Source of the DNA: a virus
Lineage: Duplodnaviria; Caudoviricetes
DNA: 64,000 bases
Strand: one strand, 5' to 3'
IMG/VR virus record: IMGVR_UViG_3300050336_000170
Span: 1-64,000 of that record
Part shown: piece after piece, positions 12,901 to 23,684 of the stretch
Layout: each line of letters opens with the position of its first letter
How positions within the stretch are numbered: position 1 is the stretch's first letter
Made by a program: the position numbers and the translations under genes
Notes under the pieces: model-generated
The model's input: the letters and a program-made list of their open reading frames with translations, nothing else
Databases searched by the model: none
Told to the model about the DNA's origin: nothing

Positions 12901-14977
12901 TTGATAATAACTGGTTATTTCAATGAAATTATCTTCCATATGCTTTACTCCTTTTATTATAATATTACAAGTCTAGCATATTGGTTTAGATTTTTCTATA
13001 CACACTCAATGTGTATAGATCATAGGTTTATTGAGTCAATCATTATCGTTAGTAGCCACTGCTCCCCAACCATATTCTTCTATGTCATAATAATCTAAAT
13101 CAAGTTCGGTATAATAATCATGGTGGTTATTATTACTATCATTCCAACCTAATTCAATTTCAGTATCAACAAACATTATTGCTTGATCTTTATCTTCTGC
13201 CATTACCATAAAAGTTTCAGAACCATGTCCTTTGGGTCTAAATACGAACATATACATTTTAATTTCACCACCAAATATGATTTTTATCGTGTTTATGATT
13301 ATTGCCATTCAGAACAACCACCATTGTATTTCCAAACACAACGTTTACATTTCCCGTAACATTGTTTATGTGATTTAATTTTTATTTTCATTTTATATCC
13401 TCATAAAATGCGCCATTGATTGGCTTTTAAGTTCCATCAGCGGGAAGGTTAACTTTATATTTCTTCTCATTCCTGATTTCAACATACTTATAACCTTGGA
13501 ATTCGTCATCGTTTGTAATTTCAACTGCGTCAAGCCTCATCTTTAATGCCATGTAGGTGAAATAGGCAATGCCTATCATATTATAATAAATAGTATAATC
13601 GCTTGTTGTGCCTTCAACCTGTGACCAATAAACTAATGTGTTTGTTGTGGTGTTTAACACATTGATTACATAGTCATAAGCACTATTTCTAATCGCTCCA
13701 GAAATCTCGTCTGAGATATCTATATTCTCAGATTCTTCTTTAGTAAGATCATATCTTTCAAAGACGATTGTATTAAATGTTAGAGGGTCTACCCACACCT
13801 CATATTTCTGAAGGTTGTTTTCTACATTCTCCCATTCTTCACGCTCTTCATCATCAAGATCGTCAAGAAAATCATATGTCATTTCTTCAATACCATCATC
13901 AACTCTATAGAAGGTGTTATTGCAATTTCTAAATTCTATTGATTCAAAATTATTATACACTTATGTAATTCCTTTCTTTTAATTAATTAATATATTGACT
14001 GATGAAATTATACTTTTGTGGACTTTTCATCATAGTTTTTCCAGTAATCAGTTTCATTCTCTGATATAACTTTATAACTATGTTTCATATCATATTCATA
14101 ACACCCATAATACCAATCATAATCCTTTGAATACTCAAGCGTTATTTCTACTTGTAATTCTTTTTCACCACTATGGTTTTGTGCTATTTCTTTGCCAATA
14201 CTACTAGCTGTTTCAGATAAGTCTTCATATAAATAATCTTCTAAGTTATCTGGTAAAGATACATCAAAATCAGTATATTGATCATCGTTTATTATGTATA
14301 TAGTTATTATTCTTTTTTCTGTTCCTGTAGTCATGTTTCTCCTGACAAAATCACATTTTTATAGGTTTAATCAATTTCTTCTTCGTGTTCTATAACACAA
14401 TTGTCACAATCAAATTCACATTCAAATCCAAGATCACCGTAATAAACTAATCTTCTTTCAAACTCATTCATTTGTAACATTTTATGTGCGATTTCTAAGC
14501 AAAGATATTTATCAATTCTATCTTTATTCTCATCTCTGTTACAATACTCAATACACCAAAGTATATGTTCGTCTTCTAAATTACCATCATCCAAAATTAT
14601 GTGTAGCATTCCCCCGCAACATTCATCAAGATCATCATATAAAAGAGTTACAAGTTTACTAACATACTCTACATTCTTACTGTTATGTTTATAACACATA
14701 TTAATTTCTCCAAACCAAATCCTAGTTTGCTTGTCTATTCTGTAAATTGAATATCTGCAACACTTCTAATATAGTTTCTTATATTAGTCCACAGTGGGAA
14801 TATCCCTATTGTTGTAGTATTAATAACTTTAACACACTCAGGACAAAACTCATACACCAAATAACCAACATCATCTTCGTATTCATTATAACTGGCATAT
14901 TTATTTCCATTTAACATATTGGCTATTTTGTCTAACTCATTTTGCATAGCAATATCTGTTGTATCTTGTTCTACCAT
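9989..14977 (-). CDS. Run of about 15 small/medium hypothetical phage ORFs
   Basis: Consecutive minus-strand ORFs separated by the junction palindrome; many acidic or Cys-rich. Confidence 0.65.
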
Positions 14978-15017
14978 ATGTACTCCATCCTAACCAAACC
15001 TCTGTTTTATCGTGTTT

Positions 15018-15102
15018 AAAACTATTGACAATCTGTGCTGTTATGTACGATATCTTTATGTAATATCAGTATACCACGCTTTTCCAGATTGTCAATAGTT
15101 TT
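15018..15102. promoter_or_regulatory. Perfect 18-bp inverted repeat, each arm containing TTGACA; minus-strand sigma-A-like promoter
   Basis: AAAACTATTGACAATCTG (15018-15035) and CAGATTGTCAATAGTTTT (15085-15102). Minus strand reads TTGACA-16-TATACT with extended TG, pointing into array 1. Confidence 0.75.
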
Positions 15103-15123
15103 TCTATATTTATTTTAATTAAT

Positions 15124-17388
15124 TTATGTATCATTCTTTACAGTAAGTAATTCAAGCAAAAATGTATTTCTCAATAAATTCTCTTTTTTCTTAACAGCCG
15201 CATCAACAGCACCAGCGTCACCAATATGATAACATTTTTGTTTCATTCTAGTGAGTCCAACGTAAATTAAGTTTGAATTTAACATAAATGTGTGTGCTTT
15301 TGGAGTAAGCAAAATAACTACTTTGAAACTGCCACCTTGACTTTTGTGTATTGAAATGGCATAACCTAATCCACACATTTGCATATCTTCACGATAGTAT
15401 TTAACCTTAACGCCATCAAAATCGATAATAACATAAGAATTATAGATATCAATAATCTTACCAGTTTCACCATTGGCTATAAATGTTTCTGTTACATCAT
15501 CAGACCAAAAATTATCAACATAAAGTTCTGCATGATAATTATTAATGTTTTGTATTACAAGATCATCTTTATAATATACCGTTTCTCCTATCTTCATATA
15601 TTCGCTACTACCATAATTGGGATTTGCTATTACTTGAAGCTTATTATTGAGTGCTAATGAACCATATTCACCTTTTTTATACGCTGATAGTAACTGAATA
15701 TCTTCTACTGCATATCCACTGTTAATTAATTTTTCATATAATGCTATAGCATTTTTAACAGTAAAATCTGCCGTAGCATTAATAAAAGTATAGTCTTTGT
15801 TATCTCCAAATTGTGTTACTTTTTCACATATATCTTTTAGATATGGTTTACAACATCTAACGTCTGTTGCTATTTTCATCAAACCACCTTCACCATATCT
15901 AAATACCTTAGTTAATGTGACTGTTGGAATAATATCCGATTGCATAAAGTCATGAAGAAGATTACCACATGATACAGAAGGTAACTGAGCATTATCGCCT
16001 ATCATTAATAGTTTAGTTCTATTAAAATCAACAGCGTCAATAACGTGTGAAAAAAGAAAAATGTCTACCATCGAAAACTCATCAATAATTACTATATCTG
16101 TGTTTATCTTCATTTCAGAGTTATAACACCAACCATCAGGAGGCATATACCCTAACCCCCTATGGATTGTTGATGCTGATTCTTTAGTATTATCAGCCAG
16201 AATCTTAGCAGCCTTTCCAGTAGGAGAATATAATACAAAAGATTTTTTATTATCTTTTAACATTGAAATAATCGCTTGAGTTGAGTACGTTTTGCCTACA
16301 CCAGCACTTCCGTTGAGTATACATATATTGTTCTTACAAACTAATTCTAGTATTCTTGATTGTTCTTCAGACAATGTACATCCATTAACATTAGAATATT
16401 TGCCGTAATCAAAATCCCAAACCTTATTAACGGATAATCCAGATATAATACTATCAGCAATATATTTCTCCTTATTATATGTATATCGTAAAGCAATTAC
16501 CATTTCTTCTTTATCATAATAAATATCATCATGTTTTATACAAGTAACAAAATGATGACTACAAGCAGGACAAAGTTTAATTACCTGATTGCGTAAATCA
16601 GATATTCCCATTTTTGTGTGTCCTTCATTTTCGTTTTGTTCTAAAAGATAGAACACACACGCAAGACATCTGTTTTCGCTTGATCTTAAGTCGTATTCAA
16701 ACTTAATTGGTGGTTCTTCACCCTGCTTGATTTTATCATTCGATAATTGCTCAAGTTCTAATAATATACTGTCTGCGGTTTGGAATCCTATTCTTGATAA
16801 TCCACACAAGCATTTATATGGTTCTTCCATGAGTTTCTTTTTTATTATCTGAACAGAAGTATACTTTTCATATAGCTTTTTGAGCATTGCTAAACTTATT
16901 AAACCTTGAAATTCTACTACTAGTTCTGCAAGGCAAAAATTTTCTACTATCTTGTTTTTGATAAGGTTAAACGTAAATTCCTTTATGCCTTTTAACTTGT
17001 TAAGGTCTATATCATCTAATCTATTTTCAATCACACGCTGAACAATATCAGGATAAACTTCATAGAGTACATCTGCTTGATTTTGAGTAAGAATTTCTTG
17101 AAGAAATAAATACATATCATAAGAAGATTTAGGTTTATCTCTGGTAATATTAATTACCTTGTAGGATATACCATATTTTGTTTGTTGCTCAATAGCTTTG
17201 ATATTGTATTCTTGACCAATGCCTAAATCATGAATTTCACCAACTATTGAAGCGTTGCCGTACTTTGTAAACTTGATATTAGGATACTCATTTTTATTAA
17301 CATCAACTGCATAAACTTTATAGTCTTCACTGTTATATGTACATCGAATTATTGTGCCTTTAAAAATAATTTCCTTTTCTGTAGTCAG
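15124..17388 (-). CDS. RecD2-like SF1B helicase
   Basis: Walker A GSAGVGKT, IIDEFSMV, GDNAQLPSV, ANGETG, YAISIHKSQG, YVGLTR. The frame is open upstream to a CTG at 17388 behind SD GAGGTGG. Confidence 0.9.
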   Translation of the reverse strand: MTTEKEIIFKGTIIRCTYNSEDYKVYAVDVNKNEYPNIKFTKYGNASIVGEIHDLGIGQEYNIKAIEQQTKYGISYKVINITRDKPKSSYDMYLFLQEILTQNQADVLYEVYPDIVQRVIENRLDDIDLNKLKGIKEFTFNLIKNKIVENFCLAELVVEFQGLISLAMLKKLYEKYTSVQIIKKKLMEEPYKCLCGLSRIGFQTADSILLELEQLSNDKIKQGEEPPIKFEYDLRSSENRCLACVFYLLEQNENEGHTKMGISDLRNQVIKLCPACSHHFVTCIKHDDIYYDKEEMVIALRYTYNKEKYIADSIISGLSVNKVWDFDYGKYSNVNGCTLSEEQSRILELVCKNNICILNGSAGVGKTYSTQAIISMLKDNKKSFVLYSPTGKAAKILADNTKESASTIHRGLGYMPPDGWCYNSEMKINTDIVIIDEFSMVDIFLFSHVIDAVDFNRTKLLMIGDNAQLPSVSCGNLLHDFMQSDIIPTVTLTKVFRYGEGGLMKIATDVRCCKPYLKDICEKVTQFGDNKDYTFINATADFTVKNAIALYEKLINSGYAVEDIQLLSAYKKGEYGSLALNNKLQVIANPNYGSSEYMKIGETVYYKDDLVIQNINNYHAELYVDNFWSDDVTETFIANGETGKIIDIYNSYVIIDFDGVKVKYYREDMQMCGLGYAISIHKSQGGSFKVVILLTPKAHTFMLNSNLIYVGLTRMKQKCYHIGDAGAVDAAVKKKENLLRNTFLLELLTVKNDT

Positions 17389-17400
17389 ACTATTTCCACC

Positions 17401-20400
17401 TCACTTAATTACTTCGTAACTAGAAAGAATATATTCTAGTTCATCTGAAGCAACCCACTGTCCACCAATATTCTTTTTTTTGAAATCTTGATCAAAATCT
17501 TTAATATGCAAAACGCTATATAATCCAAATGGACGTTCTTTAAATATCTTTCCTTGTTTGATTCTTGACTTAATTTCCTCGCCTGTTTTTATGTTTCTTG
17601 CTGTGAAATATGGTTTTGTAATATCTTTATATGTCTTATAATCTATAATAATATAATAGTTTTCACTTGCCAAAGGATTTGTATATGTAACATATTCAAG
17701 ATATTCTTTTTCAAATTTTACTGATTCGATTATACCCATAGGTTTATTTTCTAATTTTTTACATAAGTCTGTAATTAAACCAATATTATCAATTTCTTTA
17801 TATAATGCGTTAGTTTCCTTAGATGAATGTTTCTTAATCAGATACTCAGATAATTCCAATTCATCAAGTTTGTTTTTATTGATTTGCTTGCACGTTGCAA
17901 ATTTGTCATATATATCTATAACATTAAGTAAATATTTATTCTCACCAAATTCTTTAAAAAAATTAAGACCAGTTAATATCTTTAAATTTCTTATATCCAA
18001 AGATGTTTTTGATTTTATATCCGATAATAATTCTATAAAATTAGTATATTTTTTTGTTTGAGCTAAGCCCATTAACTCATTTGCTATTTGAGAATTACAG
18101 TATTTTATTGAATAGATACCTTTATAAATTGCATTATTTTCTTTATCTATTGTGTATTCAGAAAGTGATTTACCAAAACAAATAGGATTAATTGATATAT
18201 TGTACTGTTTTGCTAACTCTATTCCGTTATTTGTATCTTTAGTATCTTCTGCTCTATTTAAATATGCAGCAATAAATTCAATCGGATAGTATGTTCTAAG
18301 CATAACACATTCATAACCGTTCATTGAATAAGCAGTACTATGATTATATCCAAACTGGTACTCTGAAGAGTCTTGAATTATCTGTACAAATTGTTTTGCT
18401 TCTTCTTCTGCTATTTCTCTTGATTGTAACGAATGCTTACAGTAACCATCTAATATTTTAGGTAATTGTTGTTTTAATAATTCTTTATCTTTTTTCCCGA
18501 TGGCGCGACGAGTTGTATCAGCAGATGAACCACTAAAATCACAAATATCAGTTAAGAATTTAATGGTGTCTTCTTGAAAAATAAGATATCCAGAATTATC
18601 TTTTAGTAATTCATCAATTTCTTTTGATGGGTTTTTATTTATTTCACCACTTATCATCCTATCTCTATAAGACTTACCTGATGGACGTAGCGCAGCATTG
18701 ACCATTGACATATGGTTAATTGTATTTGGTTTAAAATCCTTCAAAAGATTGAAAGCATAATCACCTTCAAATTGAAAAACACCTTGCTGAGAAGTGATCA
18801 TATTGCTCCATACTTTTTTATCTGACCAATTAATTTTTGATGCTTTGGGATATGGTATACCTATATACTTACAAGCATCTTTAATAACACCAACCGTTTT
18901 TAGTCCCAATATATCAAATTTTACGTAATTTAATGAATCAACAGCTTTCATAGCACATGTAGACATTGGTAAATCGACATCACCATCTTTATAATAAACA
19001 CCCATATTATCATCTAAAGTTATAGGTGATCCAATAATGCCACTGGCATGACTACCTTTAGAAATAATAGTTCCTTTTAATCCTTTAAAATAATAAAACA
19101 AGTCTTGATTATCATTTCTTAGTTGTTCATAATTATTTATTATTTTAATTGCTTTATTTTTTGCATCAAGGTTATTGATTCTTTCTACATAAATATCATG
19201 ATTACCAAATTGAATTGTTGTAGATTCTAATATTTTATCTTCTACTAGCTCTTCTAAGTTTACTTCTTCTTGGATTATTTTTGAATATTGCAGAAAATAA
19301 TCATCAAATTTATTCTTAATCTCTGCTACTTTATCAAGATCATGATAATTCAATCCTTTTGCTAGTACATCAATACAACCCCTATCTTGTAACGTACCAA
19401 ATGTAGTAATTCTCGCTGTTTTCTCTGGTGTAAATCTGTCAATTATATATTTATATACTTTTTCTCTATCTTCTGGTGCAAAATCAACATCAATGTCACC
19501 TAAAGAAACTCTGTCTTCATTACAAAAACGCGAAAATACTGTATTCCATACTAAAGGATCAACATCTGTAATATTGGTAATATAAGCAATTACACTACCA
19601 CAAACAGACCCCCTACCTGTTCCACAAGGAATATCATTAGCTTTACACCAACTAATAAGCTCGGACATGAATATCATAAAGCTTTCCATACCAAGCTTAC
19701 ACATTACATTAAACTCTTCAATAATCTTCTTTTTGTATATCTCTAGTTTATCTATGCTAATATCTTTGTTACATATTTTCATTTTTAAGTTATTAAAGAT
19801 TAATGTTTTCCATTGTTCTCCAACATTTTCACCATACAATGTAGGATATTTTAAACTCTTATCTAGTTTAAATTCCGAAATCATATCAGAGAATATATTT
19901 GTATTTTCAATAGCTTTTAAATAAACATTTTCAGGTAGAGTATTCTGTACTTTAAAACTTTCGACTAATTCATCGTATGTTTTCCATGTTAAATCAAATT
20001 CGTCTTCTTCACCGTAATAACTATCTTTTGAAATTTGTAGTATCTTTCTACATTCTGCTTTATAACTATTTGATGAATGTGTATCAGTTCCAGCAATTAA
20101 AGGAATACCATACTTAACAGACCAATTATATAATAGTTTATTATATTGTTTCTGATGATCATAATTATGATATTGAATTTCTAAAAAACATCTATCTTTG
20201 TTTATTGCTAACCATTCTAGTAATTCATCTCTATAAGCATTATTAGATTCTTCATTTGTCCATTTCCATAAAGGAGAAGCTAGGCAAGCTGTAGTAATGA
20301 GAATTTTGGATGATGTATTTTTTAGTTCCTGTAATGATATTCTTGGATTAAAATAAAAGTGTCTATCAGAATTATCTTCATTTTTACCTTTAGATGTAGA

Positions 20401-20721
20401 TATCGATATCAATTTATTAAGTTCTAATACACCTTCATAATCTTTAGCATAAAGACCTATATGACATCCTCTATCATTATCTGATAGTTCTTTGCAAACA
20501 TATAATTCTATACCATGAATATACTTAATTCCAGCTTTATCACAATCTTGTTTCTTCTTGATCCAATCATAAATTCCACCGTGGTTTGAAAACGCAATTG
20601 CTTTCATACCTTGCTTTTTTGCTAGTTTAATATACTCTTTATAGTTAGAACAAGAGTCTGCAAAACCATTACAATTACTTGTATCATCATGTAAATGATA
20701 CACAGTATAGTTCATATCCAT
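17401..20721 (-). CDS. dnaE: DNA polymerase III alpha subunit (phage DnaE)
   Basis: PHP domain (HLHDD, GTDTH), GRGSVCGS, DIDVDF, HASG, KFDILG, FGYNHSTAY. Confidence 0.95.
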   Translation of the reverse strand: MDMNYTVYHLHDDTSNCNGFADSCSNYKEYIKLAKKQGMKAIAFSNHGGIYDWIKKKQDCDKAGIKYIHGIELYVCKELSDNDRGCHIGLYAKDYEGVLELNKLISISTSKGKNEDNSDRHFYFNPRISLQELKNTSSKILITTACLASPLWKWTNEESNNAYRDELLEWLAINKDRCFLEIQYHNYDHQKQYNKLLYNWSVKYGIPLIAGTDTHSSNSYKAECRKILQISKDSYYGEEDEFDLTWKTYDELVESFKVQNTLPENVYLKAIENTNIFSDMISEFKLDKSLKYPTLYGENVGEQWKTLIFNNLKMKICNKDISIDKLEIYKKKIIEEFNVMCKLGMESFMIFMSELISWCKANDIPCGTGRGSVCGSVIAYITNITDVDPLVWNTVFSRFCNEDRVSLGDIDVDFAPEDREKVYKYIIDRFTPEKTARITTFGTLQDRGCIDVLAKGLNYHDLDKVAEIKNKFDDYFLQYSKIIQEEVNLEELVEDKILESTTIQFGNHDIYVERINNLDAKNKAIKIINNYEQLRNDNQDLFYYFKGLKGTIISKGSHASGIIGSPITLDDNMGVYYKDGDVDLPMSTCAMKAVDSLNYVKFDILGLKTVGVIKDACKYIGIPYPKASKINWSDKKVWSNMITSQQGVFQFEGDYAFNLLKDFKPNTINHMSMVNAALRPSGKSYRDRMISGEINKNPSKEIDELLKDNSGYLIFQEDTIKFLTDICDFSGSSADTTRRAIGKKDKELLKQQLPKILDGYCKHSLQSREIAEEEAKQFVQIIQDSSEYQFGYNHSTAYSMNGYECVMLRTYYPIEFIAAYLNRAEDTKDTNNGIELAKQYNISINPICFGKSLSEYTIDKENNAIYKGIYSIKYCNSQIANELMGLAQTKKYTNFIELLSDIKSKTSLDIRNLKILTGLNFFKEFGENKYLLNVIDIYDKFATCKQINKNKLDELELSEYLIKKHSSKETNALYKEIDNIGLITDLCKKLENKPMGIIESVKFEKEYLEYVTYTNPLASENYYIIIDYKTYKDITKPYFTARNIKTGEEIKSRIKQGKIFKERPFGLYSVLHIKDFDQDFKKKNIGGQWVASDELEYILSSYEVIK

Positions 20722-20729
20722 ATTTCTCC

Positions 20730-21884
20730 TTATAGATCATTAAGCCAAGATAAATCCTCTTCAGTCTCTACCCCTACCCCACTAAATACATTGCCGTTCT
20801 TTTGTTTTTCAAAATCTTCTAAGTATTTTTTGTAAGGTAAGTGCAAATTTGCTGAATATCCACATAATGTAGCAAAGTAATAACTTTGTTTGATAACTTC
20901 TTCTGGTGAATCCCACCACAATTTATCATTATTTGTTTTGTTATACTCAATTTCTTTTTGATTAATTTCATATATTGTATCGGTTATGTCTTTAATTAAG
21001 TTATTAACCAAATCTTCGGTTATCTCTATGTAAACGTAACAGTCACTGATTTCAAATTTTACTCTAACATCATCAGGTAGACATTCAGTACTATTTGTTT
21101 GTGCTAATGCATCAAGATATAACATTATATCATCGTCTGAATACTTAAATTTCTTTAACCACATCTTTGCATTACTTTGTAATTTTTCACCAATTTCAGA
21201 ACGCTCTATCTCTCTGTTTATTATTTTACCATTAGCTTGCTCACATTGAACATTCACGTACTTGAGAAAATTCCAACATATTCTGATTTTTTCAAACGGA
21301 ATACCTAGTTGATTTAAACCAATAGCATAAAGTAAAAGCTGCCCACACTCTTTAAGAGCTTTGTCTCCTTTATATATGGTACTTGTTTTAAAATCGAATA
21401 TTGTATAATAATCATCATCATCTTTATAACAGCCATCTAAATAGCCATTAAAAATATTGTTACCAATCTTAATAATTATATATTGTTCTGTTTGTACTTT
21501 ATATGGTATTGCATTATGATTTGCAAAAAAATGTTTTAAGTTTTTATAATACTTATTGGATATTTTCTTATTCTTTTCGCTATCATTTCTATCAAATTTT
21601 AAATCTGCTATTTCAGTTGTTAACCAAGCATCCTCAAACAACGAATCCATGTCTTCATACTTTATTTGATTTGTATATAACTGCTCTAATATATCATGAA
21701 CAAATCCACCCATTGCAGAATAAATATTGTTATCTCTATCTTCTTTTTTATGTAAGACATAACGTAAATAATATTCAAATGGACTTGTTTTGTATGTATT
21801 ATATCTACTCCAGCTCCACAATACTTCAGTTCCGTATCTTTTCTTAATCTCATTAAGTTCTTCCTTGGTTTTTCTCATCCTCAT
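20730..21884 (-). CDS. PD-(D/E)XK (RecB/Cas4-like) nuclease
   Basis: WSWSRYNTY, GGFVHDILE, GYLD...IFDFKTS, QLLLYA. Probable start at MRMRKT near 21884. Confidence 0.8.
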   Translation of the reverse strand: MRMRKTKEELNEIKKRYGTEVLWSWSRYNTYKTSPFEYYLRYVLHKKEDRDNNIYSAMGGFVHDILEQLYTNQIKYEDMDSLFEDAWLTTEIADLKFDRNDSEKNKKISNKYYKNLKHFFANHNAIPYKVQTEQYIIIKIGNNIFNGYLDGCYKDDDDYYTIFDFKTSTIYKGDKALKECGQLLLYAIGLNQLGIPFEKIRICWNFLKYVNVQCEQANGKIINREIERSEIGEKLQSNAKMWLKKFKYSDDDIMLYLDALAQTNSTECLPDDVRVKFEISDCYVYIEITEDLVNNLIKDITDTIYEINQKEIEYNKTNNDKLWWDSPEEVIKQSYYFATLCGYSANLHLPYKKYLEDFEKQKNGNVFSGVGVETEEDLSWLNDL

Positions 21885-22587
21885 ATTCCTTTTTAGAAAT
21901 TTCAAGTATTTTAAACTCACGAATATTTTTCTTTTTTTTAATTAAACGAATAATTCTTGAATGTGTTATGTTATATTTATTGGATATATCAATCATTAAC
22001 CCTATATCTATAAGTTTATTATCTTTGTATAATTTGATATATCTATTGCTTCTTCTGTTTCTTGCATTCTCTTTTTTAGTTACTATTCTAATATTATTAA
22101 ACTCATAATTACCATTATTATTTTTTCTATCAATATCATATAAATAGCTACTATTTATCAATAAATTATAGTTATCTATATTTACAATATCTTCTAAAAA
22201 TTCTTCAAAGCACAACCATTTTTCGCAAACTGTAATACCTCTTAAACCATAATTTTTATATGATATATTTTTAGAATCATAACATCTACATACCATAGTT
22301 TTCCAATGATTATATAAACTATTCTTTGAAGAAGCTCTGCCTAAACAAGCTACATTTAAAATAGACTTATAATATGGATTTTTTAATGTTCCATGTTTTA
22401 TATTTGTATGTCTTGATAGTATTTGTGTCCCATCTGAAAATTCAACTAAAAAAACATGATAATTTTTATGTTTTTCAACTAATCCAATGATTTTAACATT
22501 TCCATAATTAATAGTATTCCATATAGTACCATTCTTATAAACTGTTGATTTGTTGTCTATTAATTTTACATCTAATTTCTTCTTCAG
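21853..22587 (-). CDS. Free-standing HNH (homing-type) endonuclease
   Basis: WKTMVCRCY...YGLRGITVCEKW...DIDRKNNNGNYEFNNIRIVTKKENARN. The frame is open upstream to a CTG at 22587 behind SD AAGGAAG; very AT-rich; sits between primase and nuclease. Confidence 0.85.
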   Translation of the reverse strand: MKKKLDVKLIDNKSTVYKNGTIWNTINYGNVKIIGLVEKHKNYHVFLVEFSDGTQILSRHTNIKHGTLKNPYYKSILNVACLGRASSKNSLYNHWKTMVCRCYDSKNISYKNYGLRGITVCEKWLCFEEFLEDIVNIDNYNLLINSSYLYDIDRKNNNGNYEFNNIRIVTKKENARNRRSNRYIKLYKDNKLIDIGLMIDISNKYNITHSRIIRLIKKKKNIREFKILEISKKEYEDEKNQGRT

Positions 22588-22592
22588 ATTTT

Positions 22593-23678
22593 TTACTTCC
22601 TTTTTATACTTTTTAAATATTCTTTATGTTCATTTTCATTATATATTGTTCTATATTTTAATAGGAATTCAAATATTTGATTTTTACAATCTGCTGCACA
22701 TGATTTTTCTGGTATTAAACTCCATTTATCATAAATATATGATACCTTTCGTATTCTGTAAAATTTTTCACACATTGATCTTACTTCATTTATATCAACA
22801 TCATTATCCAGACATATAATTATTTCTACATCTAATCCAATAAGTATTCTTATTTGTTCATCTGATATTGAATGCCCTGATAGGGCTACCCCTGTTGCAT
22901 CGTTTAGTGAATCTCTCTTTAATACAGACTTTTCAGATTCATAAACACATGTATATCCAGCTTTTTGTATTGCTTCTTTATTTTCCCACAAACCGAATAA
23001 GTTAAGATGCTTTTTATAATTTGGAGTTATAAAATATTTTGTTATATCAAACAGATCATAATTCTTAACCGATGTTCTCATATTGAACCCAAGAAGTTTA
23101 CCATCAAGCCAATATCTTAAAGGAATAACATTCCTCTTATATTTATAGCTATATGCTAAACCAAATTTCTTTACTGTCCACGGTGCTATACCTTCCTTAT
23201 ACCAGTCTATATGAATATATGGAACAAAATCATTTATTGAATCTTCATCCAATAAGTTAAACTCTAGTACATTATTCTTATTTCTAATGTTCTTAACTTT
23301 TTTGAATATGTATAGTGGATCATCTTTTTCAGTTTTTTTGTTTTCTACCTTATTATATGTAAGTGGTAATTTAAATAATTTATGTAGATATTTTATCGCA
23401 TCATAAAAATTACATTTTTTGTTATATTGAACTAATGTTACTAAATCTTGGTTGTCATCATATTTTACATTTCTAGAATGACTTCTATAATTCAAGTAGC
23501 TATTATTCTTTATATTAATACCCTGTGGATTATCGCCATCAACATGTGAAGCAGAGTAATATTCTTTTTCAGAATGATATTTTATATGACTGCAACCAAT
23601 TTGTTCTAATACATATTCAATCTTATTTTCTTTGTAAATAAATTCTTTTAACTCAGTAACAGTCACACTAATTATCAC
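22593..23678 (-). CDS. DNA primase (TOPRIM)
   Basis: VIPLR...G..MR, VYESEKSV, ICLDND TOPRIM motifs; adjacent to helicase. Confidence 0.8.
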   Translation of the reverse strand: MIISVTVTELKEFIYKENKIEYVLEQIGCSHIKYHSEKEYYSASHVDGDNPQGINIKNNSYLNYRSHSRNVKYDDNQDLVTLVQYNKKCNFYDAIKYLHKLFKLPLTYNKVENKKTEKDDPLYIFKKVKNIRNKNNVLEFNLLDEDSINDFVPYIHIDWYKEGIAPWTVKKFGLAYSYKYKRNVIPLRYWLDGKLLGFNMRTSVKNYDLFDITKYFITPNYKKHLNLFGLWENKEAIQKAGYTCVYESEKSVLKRDSLNDATGVALSGHSISDEQIRILIGLDVEIIICLDNDVDINEVRSMCEKFYRIRKVSYIYDKWSLIPEKSCAADCKNQIFEFLLKYRTIYNENEHKEYLKSIKRK

Positions 23679-23684
23679 CTACAA

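Larger units (their letters stand above)
18..15010. repeat. Array 1 of junction palindromes AYVAAA-N6-TTTBRT (about 26 copies)
   Basis: Copy starts read by eye: 18, 575, 1176, 1395, 1790, 2367, 2609, 2945, 5876, 6090, 6734, 6979, 7400, 7613, 8303, 8514, 9967, 10907, 11144, 11947, 13270, 13403, 14002, 14345, 14714, 14993. Example: ATGAAA-TATAAC-TTTCAT at 6090. Confidence 0.9.

Noticed and set aside
19100-19320. Extra segment in DnaE as an intein or intron
   Set aside because: Short and in frame, with no Cys/Ser start, His-Asn end or endonuclease motifs.
20730-21884. Cas4 of a CRISPR adaptation module
   Set aside because: No cas1/cas2 or array; located in the replication cluster.
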